The notes beneath the pieces are model-generated. The model did no database searches, had not been told where the DNA came from, and saw only the letters and a list, made by a program, of their open reading frames with translations. Both the position numbers and the translations under genes were made by a program. DNA of 64,000 nucleotides. It comes from Mobula hypostoma. Its lineage: Eukaryota. The stretch is from the NCBI RefSeq assembly GCF_963921235.1, contig NC_086097.1:216382001-216446000 (forward strand), read 5' to 3'. Below are positions 49,556 through 62,993 of the stretch, one piece after another (within the stretch, counting starts at the first letter, position 1; each line of letters begins with the position of its first letter).

Positions 49556-52010
49556 TGTCAACCAATTCTCCTTTGTCTATCAAGCTTGTTATTTCTTCAA
49601 AGAATCCCAACAGATTTGTCAGGTAAGAGTTTCCTTTGAGTAAACCATGCTGAGTACAGCCTATTTTATCAGGTCCTCAAGTACCCTGAGACCTCATCAT
49701 TAATAATCAACTTCAACATCTTCCCAACCACTGAGGTCAGACTAACTGGCCTATAGTTTCATTTCTTCTGTCTCTCCCCCTTCTTGAAGAGTGGAGTGAC
49801 ATTTGCAATTTTCCAGTCCTCCGGAACCAGTCCAAATCTAATAATTTGTAAAAGATCATTACTAATGTCTCCATGATCTCCTCAGCCACCTCTTTGAAAA
49901 CTCTTGATTGTACATCATCTGGTCAAGGTGACTTATCTACCTTCAGACTTTACACTTTACAAAGAACCTTCTCTCTAGTAACGGTAACTTCACACACTTC
50001 ATAACCCCTGACATCTAGAACTTCCACCGTACTACTAGTGTCTTCCACCATGAAGACTGATGCAACATACTTATTCAGTTCTTCCGCCAATACATTGTCC
50101 CCTATTACTACCTTTCCAGCATCAATTTCCAGCAGTCCGATATCGACTCTCACTTCTCTTTTACACTTTATGTTTCGGAAGAAACTTTTGGTATCCTCTT
50201 TAATATTATTGGCTAGCTTACTTTTGTGTTCCATCTTTACCTTCTTAATTATCTTTTTAGTTGCCTTCTGTTGATTTTTAAAATCTTCCCAATCCTCTAA
50301 CTTCCCACTAATTTTTGCTCTATTATATGCCCTCTCTTTGGCTTTTATGTTGGCTTTGACTTCTCTTGTTAAGCATGGTTGGGTTATTTTTCCTTTATAA
50401 TACTTCTTCCTCTTTGGGATGTATATATTCAGTGCCTTCAAATTGCTTCCAGAAATTCCAGCCATTGCTGCTCTGCCATTATCCCTGCCAGTGTCCTTTT
50501 TCAAACAATTCTAGCCAGCTCCTCTCTCTTGCCTCTGTAATTTCCTTTACTCCACTGTAATACTGATACATCTGACTTTAGCTTCTCCTTCTCAAATTTC
50601 AGGGTGAATTCGATAATATTATGATAATACTAATTTCTAGGCCACATCTTTATTACTGTTTGGGGGTCTGTGTACAACTCCCATCAGGGTCTTTTTACCC
50701 TTGCAGTTCCTTAGCTTTATCCACAATGATTTAACACCTTCTGATCCTATGTCAAATTTTTCTAAAGATGTAATTTCATCTTTTACCAACAGAGCAATGC
50801 CACTCCCTCTGCCTTCCTGCCTGTCCTTTCAATACAATGTGTAACCTTGGATTTTAATCTCCCAGCTATAATCTTCTTTCAACCATGATGCCTACAACAT
50901 CATACCTGCCATTCTGCAACTGTGCTGCAAGTTCCTCTACCTTATTCCATATACTGTGCACATTCAAATACAGCACCTTCAGTTATCTGTTTTGATTGTG
51001 TCGCCTTTTACATTGCAACTCATCCTGTTGACTGCAATTTTGCCCTGTCAACAGCCTCTCCTCACTACACAGTGCCTCTGTATGTAGTCCAGTTACCTCA
51101 TCTTCAGCACTATTATGTGCCTTTCCTATGATACCTCTTGCCTTGAAATACAGGCAGCTCAGGACACTAGCCGCGCCATGCTCAGCCTTTTGATTCCTAA
51201 CTTTGTTTGTCTTACCAACAACTGCCTCCACAATCTCTCCACTAACTGTTCTAGAACTCTATTTCCCATCCCCCTGAAATTCTAATTTAAACCCCACTGT
51301 GTAGCATTAACAAACCTTCCCACTAGGATATTAGACCCCCTCCAGTTCAGGTACAAACTGTCCCTTCTGTCCTGGTCCCAATTTCCCAGGAAGAGAAGCC
51401 AATGATTTAAAAATCTTGTGCCCTCTCTCCTACACCAACTCCTTAGCCACATATTAAACTGTATAATCTTCCTAGTTCTAGCCTCACTAGCACGTGGCAT
51501 GGGTAGCAATCCGGAGATCACAACTCCAGAGGCCCTGCCCTTTAACTTAGCACCTAACTCCCTGAACACCCTATACAGAACCTCATTAGTCATCCTACCC
51601 ATGTCATTGGTATCTACATGGACCATGACTTCTGGCTATTCACCCTCCCACTTAAGAATGCTGAGGACTCGATCCAAGATATATCGGACCCTGGCACCCG
51701 GGAGGCAACATACCATCTGGGAATCTCATTCTCACCCAGAGAACCTCCTGTCCATTCCTCTAACTTATGATTCCCGTATCACCACAGCGTACCCTTCTCC
51801 TCCCTTCCCTTCTGAATCACAGAGGTAGATTCAGTGCCAGAGACTCACCCACTGTGACTTTCTTCTGTTAGGTCATCCCCCCACCAACGGTATACTGGTT
51901 ATTAAAGGGGATGGCCACACGGGTACTCTGCACTGTCTCCTTAACACCCTTTCCCCTTCCTGTCTGTCACCCAGTTTCCTGTGTCCTGCACCTTGGGTGT
52001 TATTACATCT
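49550..52010 (-). mobile_element. CR1 LINE 5' half: ORF1 esterase (SGNH-like) remnant plus ORF2 start
   Basis: ORF 51282-51626 VHVDTND..VVISGLLP.PRA..WLRSWCRREG.RFL.HW..D.L.LN; ORF 49950-50504 is the ORF2 linker. Confidence 0.9.
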
Positions 52011-53507
52011 CGAGACGCACCTCCTTAGAGACTGTTAAAGAACTGGAGCTGCAGTTCATTGACCTTGCTAGGGGAAAGTGAAGAGGTGATAGACAGGAGC
52101 TACAGGAAAGTAGTCACCTAAGGCAGGACCTCAAGGGTAGTAATCTTGGGATTTCTGGCCATGCCATGCAACAGTGAGTATAGGAATGGAATGAGGCAGC
52201 AGGAAGGCGCATGGCTGAAGAATTGGACCATGGGGCAGGGATTCAGATTTCTGGATAATTGGAACCTCTTCTGGAGCAGATGTGACCTGTACAAAAAGGG
52301 GGCGGATTGCATTTGAATCCAAGGGGGACCGATATTCTTGCAGGCAGATTTACTAGAGCTGTTGGGAGTGGTTTAAACTAATATGGCAGGGAGATGGGAA
52401 CCCGTATGATAGAGCTGAGGATGAGGCAGCTGGTTTACAAGAAGATGATGGATGTAATGTGAATGTAAGAAAGGACAAGCCAATGACTGGGTACAAACGC
52501 AGACAGAGCAGAGTTAAATTACACCACAGAAGCAAAATTCAAAAGGGTGAAGAATGTGGGACTGAAGGTGTTGTGCTTAAATGCACGTAGCATTCGGAAT
52601 AAGGTGGTCGAACTCGTGGCACATGATGTTGTGGGCATCACTGAGTCATAGCTGAGAAAAGGCCACAGCTGTGAGCTTAACATCAAAGGATATATTTCAT
52701 ATCAAAATGACAGGCAGGAAGGCATAGGCGGTGGTGTCACTCCGTTGGCAAGAAATGGAATTACATCTTTAGAAAGAGGTGACATAGGGTCAGAGAATAT
52801 TGAATCTCTGTGGGTGGAGTTAAGAAACTGCAAGGGGGAGGAAAACATTATGGGAATCATTATAGGGCTCTAAAACATTATAGGGCTCTAAATAGTCACC
52901 AAGATGTGAAGTTGAGATTGCAAAGGGAGTTGGAAAAGGCACGTAACGAGGACAATGTCACAATTGTAATGGGGGACTTCAATATGCAAGGAGATTGGGA
53001 GAATCAGGCTGGTGTCAGATTGCAAGAGAGGGAGCAGCTTGTGCTTGAGCCTACTTGGGGAAAGCCTATCTTAGATTGGGTGTTGTGTAATAACCCAGAT
53101 CATATTAGGGAGCTTAATGTAAAGGAACCCTCAGGAGACAGTGATCATAATATGATTGAATTCATACTGCAATTTAAGAAGGAGAATTACAAGTCACATA
53201 TATCAGTAATGCAAGAGAATAAATGGAATCACAGAGACATGACAGAGGAGATTGCCCTGGTGGATTGGAGGAGAATTCTGTCAAGGATAATGATGGGGCA
53301 GAGGTAGCTGAAGTTTCTGGGAATACTTCACAAAGCGCAGTATAGATATGTCCCACAGAAGAAGAATTTGTTCTCAAATGGCAGGGGTAGGCAACTGTGG
53401 CTGACAAGGGAAGTTAAGGACTGCATAAAAGCCACAGAAAGATCATATAAGATAGCAAAAGTGAGTGGGACGTAGGACAATTGGGAAGCTTTTAAAATCC
53501 AATAAAA

Positions 53508-53940
53508 GACCATAAGACCATAAGACATAAGATATAGGAGCAGAAGTAGGCCATTTGGCCCATCGAGTCTGCTCTGCCATTCAATCATGGGCTAATCCAA
53601 TTCTTCCAGTCATCCCCACTCCCCTGCCTTCTCTCCATACCCTTTGATGCCCTGGCTAATCAAGAACCTATCTATCTCTGCCTTAAATACACCCAATGAC
53701 TTGGACTCCACAGCCGCTCATGGCAACAAATTCCACAGATTTACCACCCTCTAACTAAAGTAATTTATCCGCATCTCTGTTCCAAATGGACGTCCTTCAA
53801 TCCTGAAGTCGTGCCCTCTTGTCCTAGACTCCCCTACCATGGGAAATAACTTTGCCATATCTAATCTGTTCAGGCCTTTTAACATTCAGACTCTTTCTAT
53901 GAGATGCCCCCTCATTCTCCTGAACTCCAGGGAATACAGC
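53508..53940 (-). mobile_element. CR1 3' end nested in the opposite orientation
   Basis: (GACCATAA)n tail at 53508-53532 followed by a reverse CR1 3' UTR. Confidence 0.85.
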
Positions 53941-54378
53941 TGGGAAGGGAACTAAAATGATGCTGTTGAGGTAGTAATGGGGGACAAAGGAATGGCAGAT
54001 GAACCTAATTGGTACTTTGCATCTGTCTTCACTGTGGAAGACACTAGCAGTGTGCTAGAGGTCCATGAGTATCAGGGAGCAGGGGTGAGTGTCATTGCTA
54101 TTACAAAGGAAAAGGTGCTAGGCAAACTGAAAGGTCTTCAGGTGGATAAGTCATCTGGGCCAGCTGGACTACATCCCAGAGTCCTGAGAGAGGTTGCTGA
54201 AGAGATAACAGATGCATTGGTCATGCTTTTTCAAGAATCACTCGATTCTGATATGATCCCAGAGGACTGGAAAATTGCAGATGTCACTCCACTCTTTAAG
54301 AAGGGAGGAAGGAAAAAGAAAGAAAATTATAGGCCAGTTAGCCTAACCTCAGTGGATGGAAAATTGTTGGAGTCTAGT

Positions 54379-55152
54379 ATTCAAAGGTCAAGTTTAATGT
54401 CAGAGAAACGTATACGAGAGACATCCTGGAATGTTTTTGCTTTGCAAAACATCCACGAAAACAGAGAGGTACCCCAAAGAATGAACGACAGTTAAACATG
54501 AGAACCCCCAAGTTCCCCCTTCCTGCGCGTAAGCGGCAGCGAGCAACAATCCCCCCTTACCCACCAGCAAAAATAAACGCGCATCGGTACAATCACAGAG
54601 CCCAAGCATGTGCTAAGCGATAGCAAAGACACAGACCCTGCAGTTACCTCAAAAGCTTTGCATTTCATCCGAATTCGACAACCCACAGGTTCTCTTTCTC
54701 CTTGGCAACGGAGAGGAAGGTGTCCCCCATTTTCACAGCGGGTGGGAGACATAACAACAACCCGCTGGTTTACGATCTTAAAATTCCGTTTCATCGCTTT
54801 TCTCGAGCTCTGTGTCTGAAGATCGCAAAGACCCTAGGTCTTCGAGCCCACAGCAAAAGACTTTCCAGCCTTCCCGACAAGTCTCTGGCCATGATACTGA
54901 CCCTCAATCCACCTATCTCCAGAGCCCTGAGATCTTGGGCTTTTGAGCACGATCGAGATTCTCAGGTCAAACCCTTGGCATGTCGAATAGCAGCCAGTCG
55001 TGGAACCCCGAGAACAAGAACTGAAACTTGCGTGTAACTCCAGGTCAGAGTCTTCAAAAGAATCCTGAAAGGAAAAAATAAAGATATTAAAGGTAGAAAT
55101 AGAGCTGTTTCCGAAGATGTAAGCAAAGGAGTCGCCGTTAGGCGCCATCATT
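54379..55152 (-). mobile_element. Non-coding, CpG-rich non-autonomous element with a Rex/Babar-like tail
   Basis: Begins atggcgcc on the minus strand and ends attaaacttgacctttga, like the Rex tails in this window. No RT similarity. Confidence 0.55.
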
Positions 55153-55521
55153 CCTCATAAGTTCCACCCCTCATGCATTGGTCATGATCTTTCAAGAATC
55201 ACTTGATACTGGCATGGTCCCAGAGGACTGGAAGATTCCAAAAGTCACTCCACTCTTAAAGAAGGAAGGAAGGCAAGAGAAAGAAAATTATAGGCCAGTT
55301 AGTCTAACCTCAGTGGTTGGGAAAATGTTGGAGCCTATTATGAAAGATGAGGTTTCAGGGTACTTGGACACTAATGATAAAATAAGTCAAAGTCAACATG
55401 GTTTCTGCAAAGGGATTCTGCCTGCAAACCTGTTAGAATTCATTGAGGAAGTAACAAGCAGGGTGGACGAAGGAGAGGCAGTGGATGTCATTTACTTGGA
55501 TTTTCAGAAGGCATTTGACAA

Positions 55522-56348
55522 TTGAATTGAATTGAATTGACTTTATTATTTACATCCTTCACATACATGAGGAGTAAAAATCTTTATGTTACGTCTCCAT
55601 CTAAATGAGCAATGTACAACTTTTTAGTAATTTGTAATTAATAGTATCTACAACAGGACGGTCAATATAGCATAGAAATACAATTGTATCAGTGTGAATT
55701 AGCCAGTCTGATGGCCTGGTGGAAGAAGCTGTTCTGGAGCCTGTCAGTCCTGGCTTTTATGCTACTGTACTGTTTCCTGGATGGTAGTAGTTGGAACAGT
55801 TTGTGGTTGGGGTGACTTGGGTCCCCAATGATCCTTCAAGCCCTTTTTACACACCTGTCTTTGTAAATGTCCTGAATAGTGGGAATTCACATCTACAGAT
55901 GCACTAGGCTGTCGGCACCACTTTCTGCAGAGTCCTACAATTGAGGGACGTGCCGTTCCCATACCAGGCAGTGATGCAGCCAGTCAGGATGCTTTCAATT
56001 GTGCCCCTGTAGAAAGTTCTTAGGATTTCGGGACCCATATCAAACTTCTTCAACCGTCTGAGGTAAAAGAGGCATTGTTGTGCTTTTTTCACCACATAGC
56101 TGGTGTGTAAAGACCACGTGAGATCCTTGGTGATGTTTATGCTGAGCAACTTAAAGCTGCTCATCCTCTCAACCCCAGATCCATTGATGTCAGTAGGGGT
56201 TACCCTGTCTCCATTCCTCCTGTAATTCACAACCAGCTCCTTTGTTTTTGTGACATTGAGGGAGAGGTTGTTTTCTTGACATCACTGTGTCAGAGTGATA
56301 ACCTCTTCCCTGTAGGCTGCCTCATTATTATTTGAGATTAGGTCAAGG
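55522..56348 (-). mobile_element. Rex/Babar LINE 3' portion nested in CR1
   Basis: ORF 55904-56230; (AATTG)n tail; TSD tgacaa at 55516-55521 / 56349-56354 splits the CR1 AFDKVPH motif. Confidence 0.9.
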
Positions 56349-57332
56349 TGACAAAGTGCCACACATGAAACTGCTTAACAAGATAAAATCCTCTGGCATT
56401 ACAGGAAAGTTACTGGCATAGATAGAGGAATGGCTGACACGCAGGAGGTAACAAATAGCAGTAAACGTGGCCTTTTCTGGTTGGCTGCCAGTGACCAGTG
56501 GTTTTCCTCTGGGATCAGTATGGGGACCGCCATTTTTCACATTGCTTGTCAATTATTTGGTTAATGGAATTGATGGCTTTGCAGCAAAGTTTGCAGATGA
56601 TGCGAAGATAGGTGGATGGGCAGGTAGTGCTGAGGAAGCAATGCGATTGCAGCAGGACTTAGATAAATTGGGAAAATGGGCAAAAAAGTGGCAGGTGGAA
56701 TACAGTGTTGGGAAGTATATGATAAGGCATTTTGGTAAAAGGAACAATAATGTGGACTATTATCTAAATGGGGAGAAGATTCAAACATCAGAGGTGCAAA
56801 GGGACTTAGGAGTCCTCATGCAAGACTCCCAGAAGGTTAATTTACAGGTTGAGTCTGTCATAAAGAAAGCAGATGAAATGTTGGAATTTATTTCAAGGGC
56901 AATAGAATGTAAAAGCAAGGAGATATTGCTAAGTCTTTATAAAACACTAGTCTGGCTGCACTTGGAGTATCGTCAACAGTTTTTGGGCCCCTTATCTCAG
57001 AAAGGATGTGCTGTCATTGGAGAGAGTCCAGAGGAGGTTCACTGGGATGATTCCAGGATTGAAGGGGTTAACATATGAGGAGCGTTTGGCAGCCTCGGGT
57101 CTGTACTCACTGGAATTCAGAAGAATGCAGGGGGATCTCATTGAAACCTACTGAATGTTTAAAGCACTATATAGGGTGGATGTGGAGAGGATGTTTCCTA
57201 TGGTGGAGGTATCCAGAACTAGAGGGCATAGCCTCAAAATTGAGGGGTGACCCTTCAGAACAGAGGCAAGAAGGAATTTTTTTAGCCAGATTGTAAATCT
57301 GTGGAATGCTCTGCCATAGACTGCAGTAGAGT

Positions 57333-57910
57333 CCATCAGGTTGGAGGCTCCCAGTGGCCACACATTTTAATTCCACATCCCATTCCCATTCTGATATGTC
57401 TATCCACGGCCTCCTCTACTGTAAAGATGGAGCCACACTCAGGTTGGAGGAACAACACCTTATATTCCATCTGGGTAGCCTCCAACCTGATGGCATGAAC
57501 ATTGACTTCTCTAACTTCCGCTAATGCCCCACCTCCCCCTCGTACCCCATCCATTGTTTATTTATATACACACTTTCTTTCTCTCTCTCTCTCTCCTTTT
57601 TCTCCCTCTGTCCCTCTGACTATACCCCTTGCCCATCCTCTGGGTTTTTCCCCCCCTCCCCCTTTTCCTTCTCCCTGGGCCTCCTGTCCCATGATCCTCT
57701 CATATCCCTTTTGCCAATCACCTGTCCAGCTTTTGGCTCCATCCCTCCCCCTCCTGTCTTCTCCTATCATTTTGGATCCCCCTCTCCCTCCCACTTTCAA
57801 ATCTCTTACTATCTCTTCCTTCAATTAAGGAGCTCGGCCCGAAACGTCCACTGTACCTCTTCCTAGAGATGCTGCCTGGCCTGCTGCGTTCACCAGCAAC
57901 TTTGATGTGT
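57333..57910 (+). mobile_element. PLE family A 3' part with a 16-nt inverted 5' piece; hammerhead core deleted
   Basis: GIY-YIG end ..GMNIDFSNFR* near 57525. ccatcaggttggaggc (57333-57348) is inverted internal sequence. cttcaatta|aggagctcggcccgaaacgtc lacks gtcctgacga. Confidence 0.9.
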
Positions 57911-60414
57911 GGAGCTTTTCGTTCTTTTGCTTTCTCTGAGTGAAGCTTCTCTACATCAAAGAGCTCAAGCCTCAAGGTCACCACTCAGAGCATGTCCACT
58001 CTGACAATGGCAGCTGTGCTTACCCCTGCCTTCCTTCAATGCTGATAGGTCACTGGTCAAAGCTCGGTTTCACTCTGCCTTCACTGTTGCCTTTTATCCT
58101 AGGGCAGTTGTCCTAGCTGAAGTCCCCTCCTCTCAAGACTTCCGATGTCTGGATTGGCAGCTGGTCGAAGCTCTTTTTAACATAGCTTCACTACAGGATT
58201 TCAGCTATTGCTTGTGTCATGCAGTTTCATTTGATCTCCACCTTACCAGGAACATTTCTTTTATTCTCTTCACCTCTACACTTCACCGCAATGTGTCTGT
58301 TTTTGTAACAATTCCTAGATCTAATGAAAGGGCATCAACCTGACTGATGGGAATACTGAGAGCTAGCACAGATTTGATAGGCCAAATGGCCACCTGCTAT
58401 ATCATAAGAAAAATGCTATCTAACCTGCCAAATATTTATGTTTCAAGAATTCAGTACATTAGTCCAAAATAAACCAAATTTGAATAAATAACTTTTATTC
58501 CAAAATGACTCAGCTCATTTTTATTTCAAAATCTGTCCGTCATATGGGGCATCAAAATAAATCATTAGTCAAGAACAGAAAGTGGCCATGAACTTCATTC
58601 AGCTGAAAGTCCTCCCAGGTAACAATCATTAACTACATCTTTTGCCAAAGCTTCTAAGATATTTTCAGCATCTCTTTGTTATAGTAAAGAAAGTGGCCAC
58701 TTGGCTGGTCAAATCTGTGCTAACTCTCAGACTATTTCCGTCAGTCAATAATGAGGAATTTAGTCAGAATAGTTTGAATAATTGCCAATAATTATCAATG
58801 CCTTCGTTTGGAAAGATGGAGCAGTTGACTGCTGAAGTATTTATGCAAATAGTGTCATGATGTCGTCAGACTATGCTTCATTTAAAACCACATCTTTGTC
58901 CTTATTTTCAATTCAGTTTGGTGAATGGAAGTCACGGGGGAAATTACAGGAAGTATGTATAAATCATATTTCAAAATATCTACAAACATCCTACATTAAA
59001 CCCATTCTCTTGTTGCCTGTGATTCCTTCTTTCAAATTGTGTTCTATTTATAGAGGAACTAATAGAACTCTAGACATTTGTAGCAAGTGCAAGGAATTTA
59101 AAGGTTGAGTAACAGTTGTATCTTCCTCTTGATAAGCTTTCGTTTGCCAGAATTCCTGTTTCCACGGTCTTTTATTTCTATCTCAATTCATTCAGATCAG
59201 CTTGTAATGGTGCTTTCTGCGGAAATTTCCCTTTCCTTCTATGTAGGAAGAACAAGCAATGTGGCATACACCAAGGGTCCCTTGTTTTTGTTGTATCTTC
59301 ACCATATCAATCAGCTATGCTTGAAAAACCAGTTCTTCCCTTGTGAGGCAGGAATGGACTCATGCCACCTGTTTTCCACAGACCTGATGCCCATCTCTGC
59401 CAGAGGCATTGCACTGCCACTGTCAATTAGAATCAAAGCAGCACTCAACTGCAATGCCAATGGCAGCCTCTAGGCATCATCAGGGGACATTCCCAAAATC
59501 AGATAATCAGCCATTTCTGATGCATCCAGCAAGGAGCTTTTGAGCTGTTCACCTGATTTGGCCAGTCATATCATTTCCACAGGCCTTGTGCATTAATGTA
59601 AGCGGGCAAATGACTTTTATGAAATGGCTGTTTCCCCAAGTATAAGGTGCAAGCAATTGCACTCACAAATGAGCTCTTATCGAGAAAACAATCATTTTCC
59701 TAAGTTTAAGGGTTTAATCTCATCAGTATGTAGCAATTGGTTAGTTAAAGTGTGTAATTATGCTGAAAAAAGCATGATATCCAAAAAATTGAACCCAATC
59801 ATTTTAAATCAATCCAACATACTGTTACTATCCATTGAGAATGGCAGGAGTCTGGATATCCAAACTGGATAACACCACACTGGGTTTTGAGGACACTTGC
59901 CCAAGTCTCAATACAGTGTGGTTAACAGCATCCGCAGGAGCATTGCCACAATCAGTATTCTGAAGGCACTCTTTCCATGGTTTGGTAAATCTCATAAAGT
60001 ACTGAAGTACGCAGTGGTCAGGGTGTCCATAATGTTGCATGCCACAACTTTGTGATTGACAGAAGACACTTATGAATGTTACAAAGGAGGAAGAAAAATA
60101 CAAATAAATCCAGCAATTCAGCCAGGTCAATTCAGTCAAAAAATTTACCAGAATTATATTGGAGTGTAAATCTGGAACAGTGTTGGAAACTCTGTTCATT
60201 TTAAATGGGTCCGAGTCCCTGATTATGAACAGTAAAGTATTATTTTTAATTGCTTCACTTTAATTTCTTAATGACTTCAGATGTCTTAATATATTTTGAA
60301 ATAATACTGGAATTTTTAAAATAAGTTTTTATTTTTATTACCTTTTAATAATTTCCTAACATCAAAATTTTTAAAAACTGTTAAATTGTTTAACAGCTTT
60401 GACATGAAGTATAT

Positions 60415-61053
60415 CAGACATCCCACCCTGCAAAAACTCATTTCAGGGAGGTAGCACCATCAATTTGCGGGAGACTTCCAGGAGAGGTGGGATGTCTGCA
60501 ATAGAGTAGCTCCTCAGCAGCCAGCCGGCCAGTTTAAATAACGTTAGCTATGCTAATGAACGAATGACACCTGTTAAACTCACCTCAACATGTCTTTTAC
60601 AGTCTTAACCCACCATGGGCAATAGAAAAGTCACTGTTGCAAACAGTGCAGCGAGCAACACTGTCATTATTTTTGACCCCTATTAGGCAGGGGAGCACTT
60701 TAGTGTAGTCTGGGGTGACGTACGTTTTATTTTTTTTGGAACACTCTGCCATGGTGCGCTCTCTCTCTCTCGTGGTCGCTCACATGCTCTCGCTTGCTTT
60801 CTCTCGCGCTCGCGCTCTCGCTCGCTTGCTTTCTCGCGCTCTTGCTTGCTTGGTCTCGTACTCTCTCTCGCTCGCTTGCTTGCTCTCACGAGCACACTCT
60901 CTCTCGTGGTCGCTCTCGCGCTCTCTCTTGTTTTCTCTCGCTTGCTCTCAAAAAAATTGATTTCCGTGATATTGTATATAATTTGCGGGCATCAGGGAGC
61001 CACTATTAATATGAGGGAGACTCCCGGAATTTCTGGGAGAGGAAGGATGTCTG
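60415..61053. mobile_element. Non-autonomous DNA transposon (MITE-like) with an internal (CTCG/CTTG)n tract
   Basis: Left end cagacatccc at 60415; inverse ends ggtgggatgtctg ending 60498 and ggaaggatgtctg ending 61053; agtata on both flanks. Confidence 0.65.
60757..60950. repeat. Compound (CT)n/(CTCG)n/(CTTG)n microsatellite
   Basis: Directly visible low-complexity, CpG-rich tract. Confidence 0.9.
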
Positions 61054-61109
61054 AGTATAAACTGCGCCAATAGGTGGAAGGATATTTTGTGATGAGGATG
61101 TTATGATTC

Positions 61110-62030
61110 TGCAATGGGATAATGATCCAATGATTGCATGACAAAATAAGTGTCAAATGAAGCTTAATGTGCGACCATACACTTCAGTAAGAGGAAGCTA
61201 CAGGTGGATTGTTGTCTAAATGGAGAGAACCTGCATTTGGGTGACGTTCAAAGGGATCTTGGTGTTTAAGAAAACTATAAGCATGTGGCCCAGGAACTCG
61301 TGAAAAAAGCGAACAGCATGTAGGTATTTATTGCCAAGGATAGGGAGGTCCTGTCACAGATGTACAGGTCACTGATGAAGCTAAAACAGGAATACTACGC
61401 CCAGTTCTTGTCTCTTACCTAAAGAGGGATACAATTCCATTGGAGGTCATCTAAGGGAGACTAATTACAGAGATGAGAGAGTTGTCCTGTCAAAAGCGGC
61501 TACACAATTTGGGCTAGTATTCCTTGGAGTTTAGGAGAATTAAAGAATCCTTGACAGTTTAGATGTTGAGATATTTTCATTAGTGGGAGAGACACATACA
61601 AAAGGGCACAGCTACAAAAGAAAAGGGACAGTCGTTTAAAACTGAGGTGCGTGAAAGTTTCTGCTCGCAGAGGTTAATGGATCTCTAGAAGTTTCTTCCT
61701 CCGAGGGTAGTGAATCTGAATCATTAGCTATATTTAAGGTGGACATAGATAAATATTTAAAAGATTGAAGTTTTCAGGACATAGCACAGAAAAGACCATA
61801 AGAATATAAGATATAGGAGCAGAATTAGGCCATTTGGCTGATCCAGTCTACTCTGCCATTCAATCATGGCTGATCCTTTTTTTCCCCTCCTCAGCTGCAC
61901 TCTCTCCCCAGCCTTCTCCCCATAACTAAGAAAAGGAGCTGAAGTTGGCATAGATGGGCCATGATCATATTGAACAGGCATGATGGGGAGGGGGGCTCTG
62001 GAGGCTAACTCCTGCTTCTATTTTCTTGTG
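61110..62030 (+). mobile_element. Old CR1 3' half with a younger reverse CR1 tail at 61793-61925
   Basis: caaagggatcttggtgt, ggaatactacgcccagttcttgtctc and gaccataagaatataagatataggagcag motifs. Confidence 0.7.
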
Positions 62031-62993
62031 CATATCTTTACATTCAGTCTAAGGCTGTCACAAGCATTCTAGAAGTGGGATCTCAGGAGTTCTCAGGCTT
62101 AGGCCTAGTCACCACTTGGGCATCACCACCTGACTCCCCCGTGTAGAGGTTGAGTGTGACCAGCCATTCCCATCTAGCTTAACTTAGGGAAAATGGCAGG
62201 GGACAATGCTGGCTAGTGGACTAAGACTGGGAAAGTGTAGTCCATAAGATTCTGAGAGGGTCTCCCAGAGAGCCTCTTTCTCAGGCTGGAAGGTCTATGA
62301 CTAGGGAGCACTATGAAACGTCAATCCTGATGACTGAAATGAAGAGAAATTTCTTCATTCCACTTGATATTAATGAGAACATTCCAGGTTTCATAAGGAA
62401 TCTCCAGGAATGGAAATTACCAGTACTCTGTGGACTTTGAGGTAAAATTTTAGTAAATGTAGCTGAAACCTTACCCTCGCCATCCATTGAACATCCTCCC
62501 TCACATATACCCCTGAGAACTCTTTGAATGCACTCAAAGTCAGGCCTTTTATACCTGGGAGCTATTGCATTTAGCTGAACCTGAGACCCTTCATGACCAA
62601 TTATTATACAACACCAGCAGAAGTGCAGGGCAATCCAGTCTAATGCAGAGAGTTCCCATCCCGGATAGGGCATATTGAAAGCATTGGAAGGGCTGCTTTA
62701 TTAGAAGTACAGTTGGAATATCACACCACACCACCTGCAGAAATGATTCCAGCCATTGTAGTGTTTCAGGATAAACCCCTCTACGTTAGGAAAACTGCAA
62801 CCAAAAGACATAGGGGAAAATTTAGAACAGATTGCCAGTCTGAAAATATTATGTGCTTGCACCAGCCTCTCTATATTTGATTCTACTGCAGTCAACACAT
62901 GTTCTATAGCTAACATAAGACAAGACAAATCTAAGTCTCATATTTTAAGAAAAATTAAAAGTACTAACATATTTCAAAGTAACATATTTAAGT

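Larger units (their letters stand above)
52020..57330 (+). mobile_element. CR1 LINE (ORF1 end plus ORF2) carrying three nested insertions
   Basis: ORFs 52810-53307 (GDFN, SDHN), 53977-54495, 55178-55525 and 56467-57078 (FADD). Confidence 0.9.

Noticed and set aside
60683..61073. Arg/Ala/Ser/Leu-rich ORFs
   Set aside because: Translations of a microsatellite.
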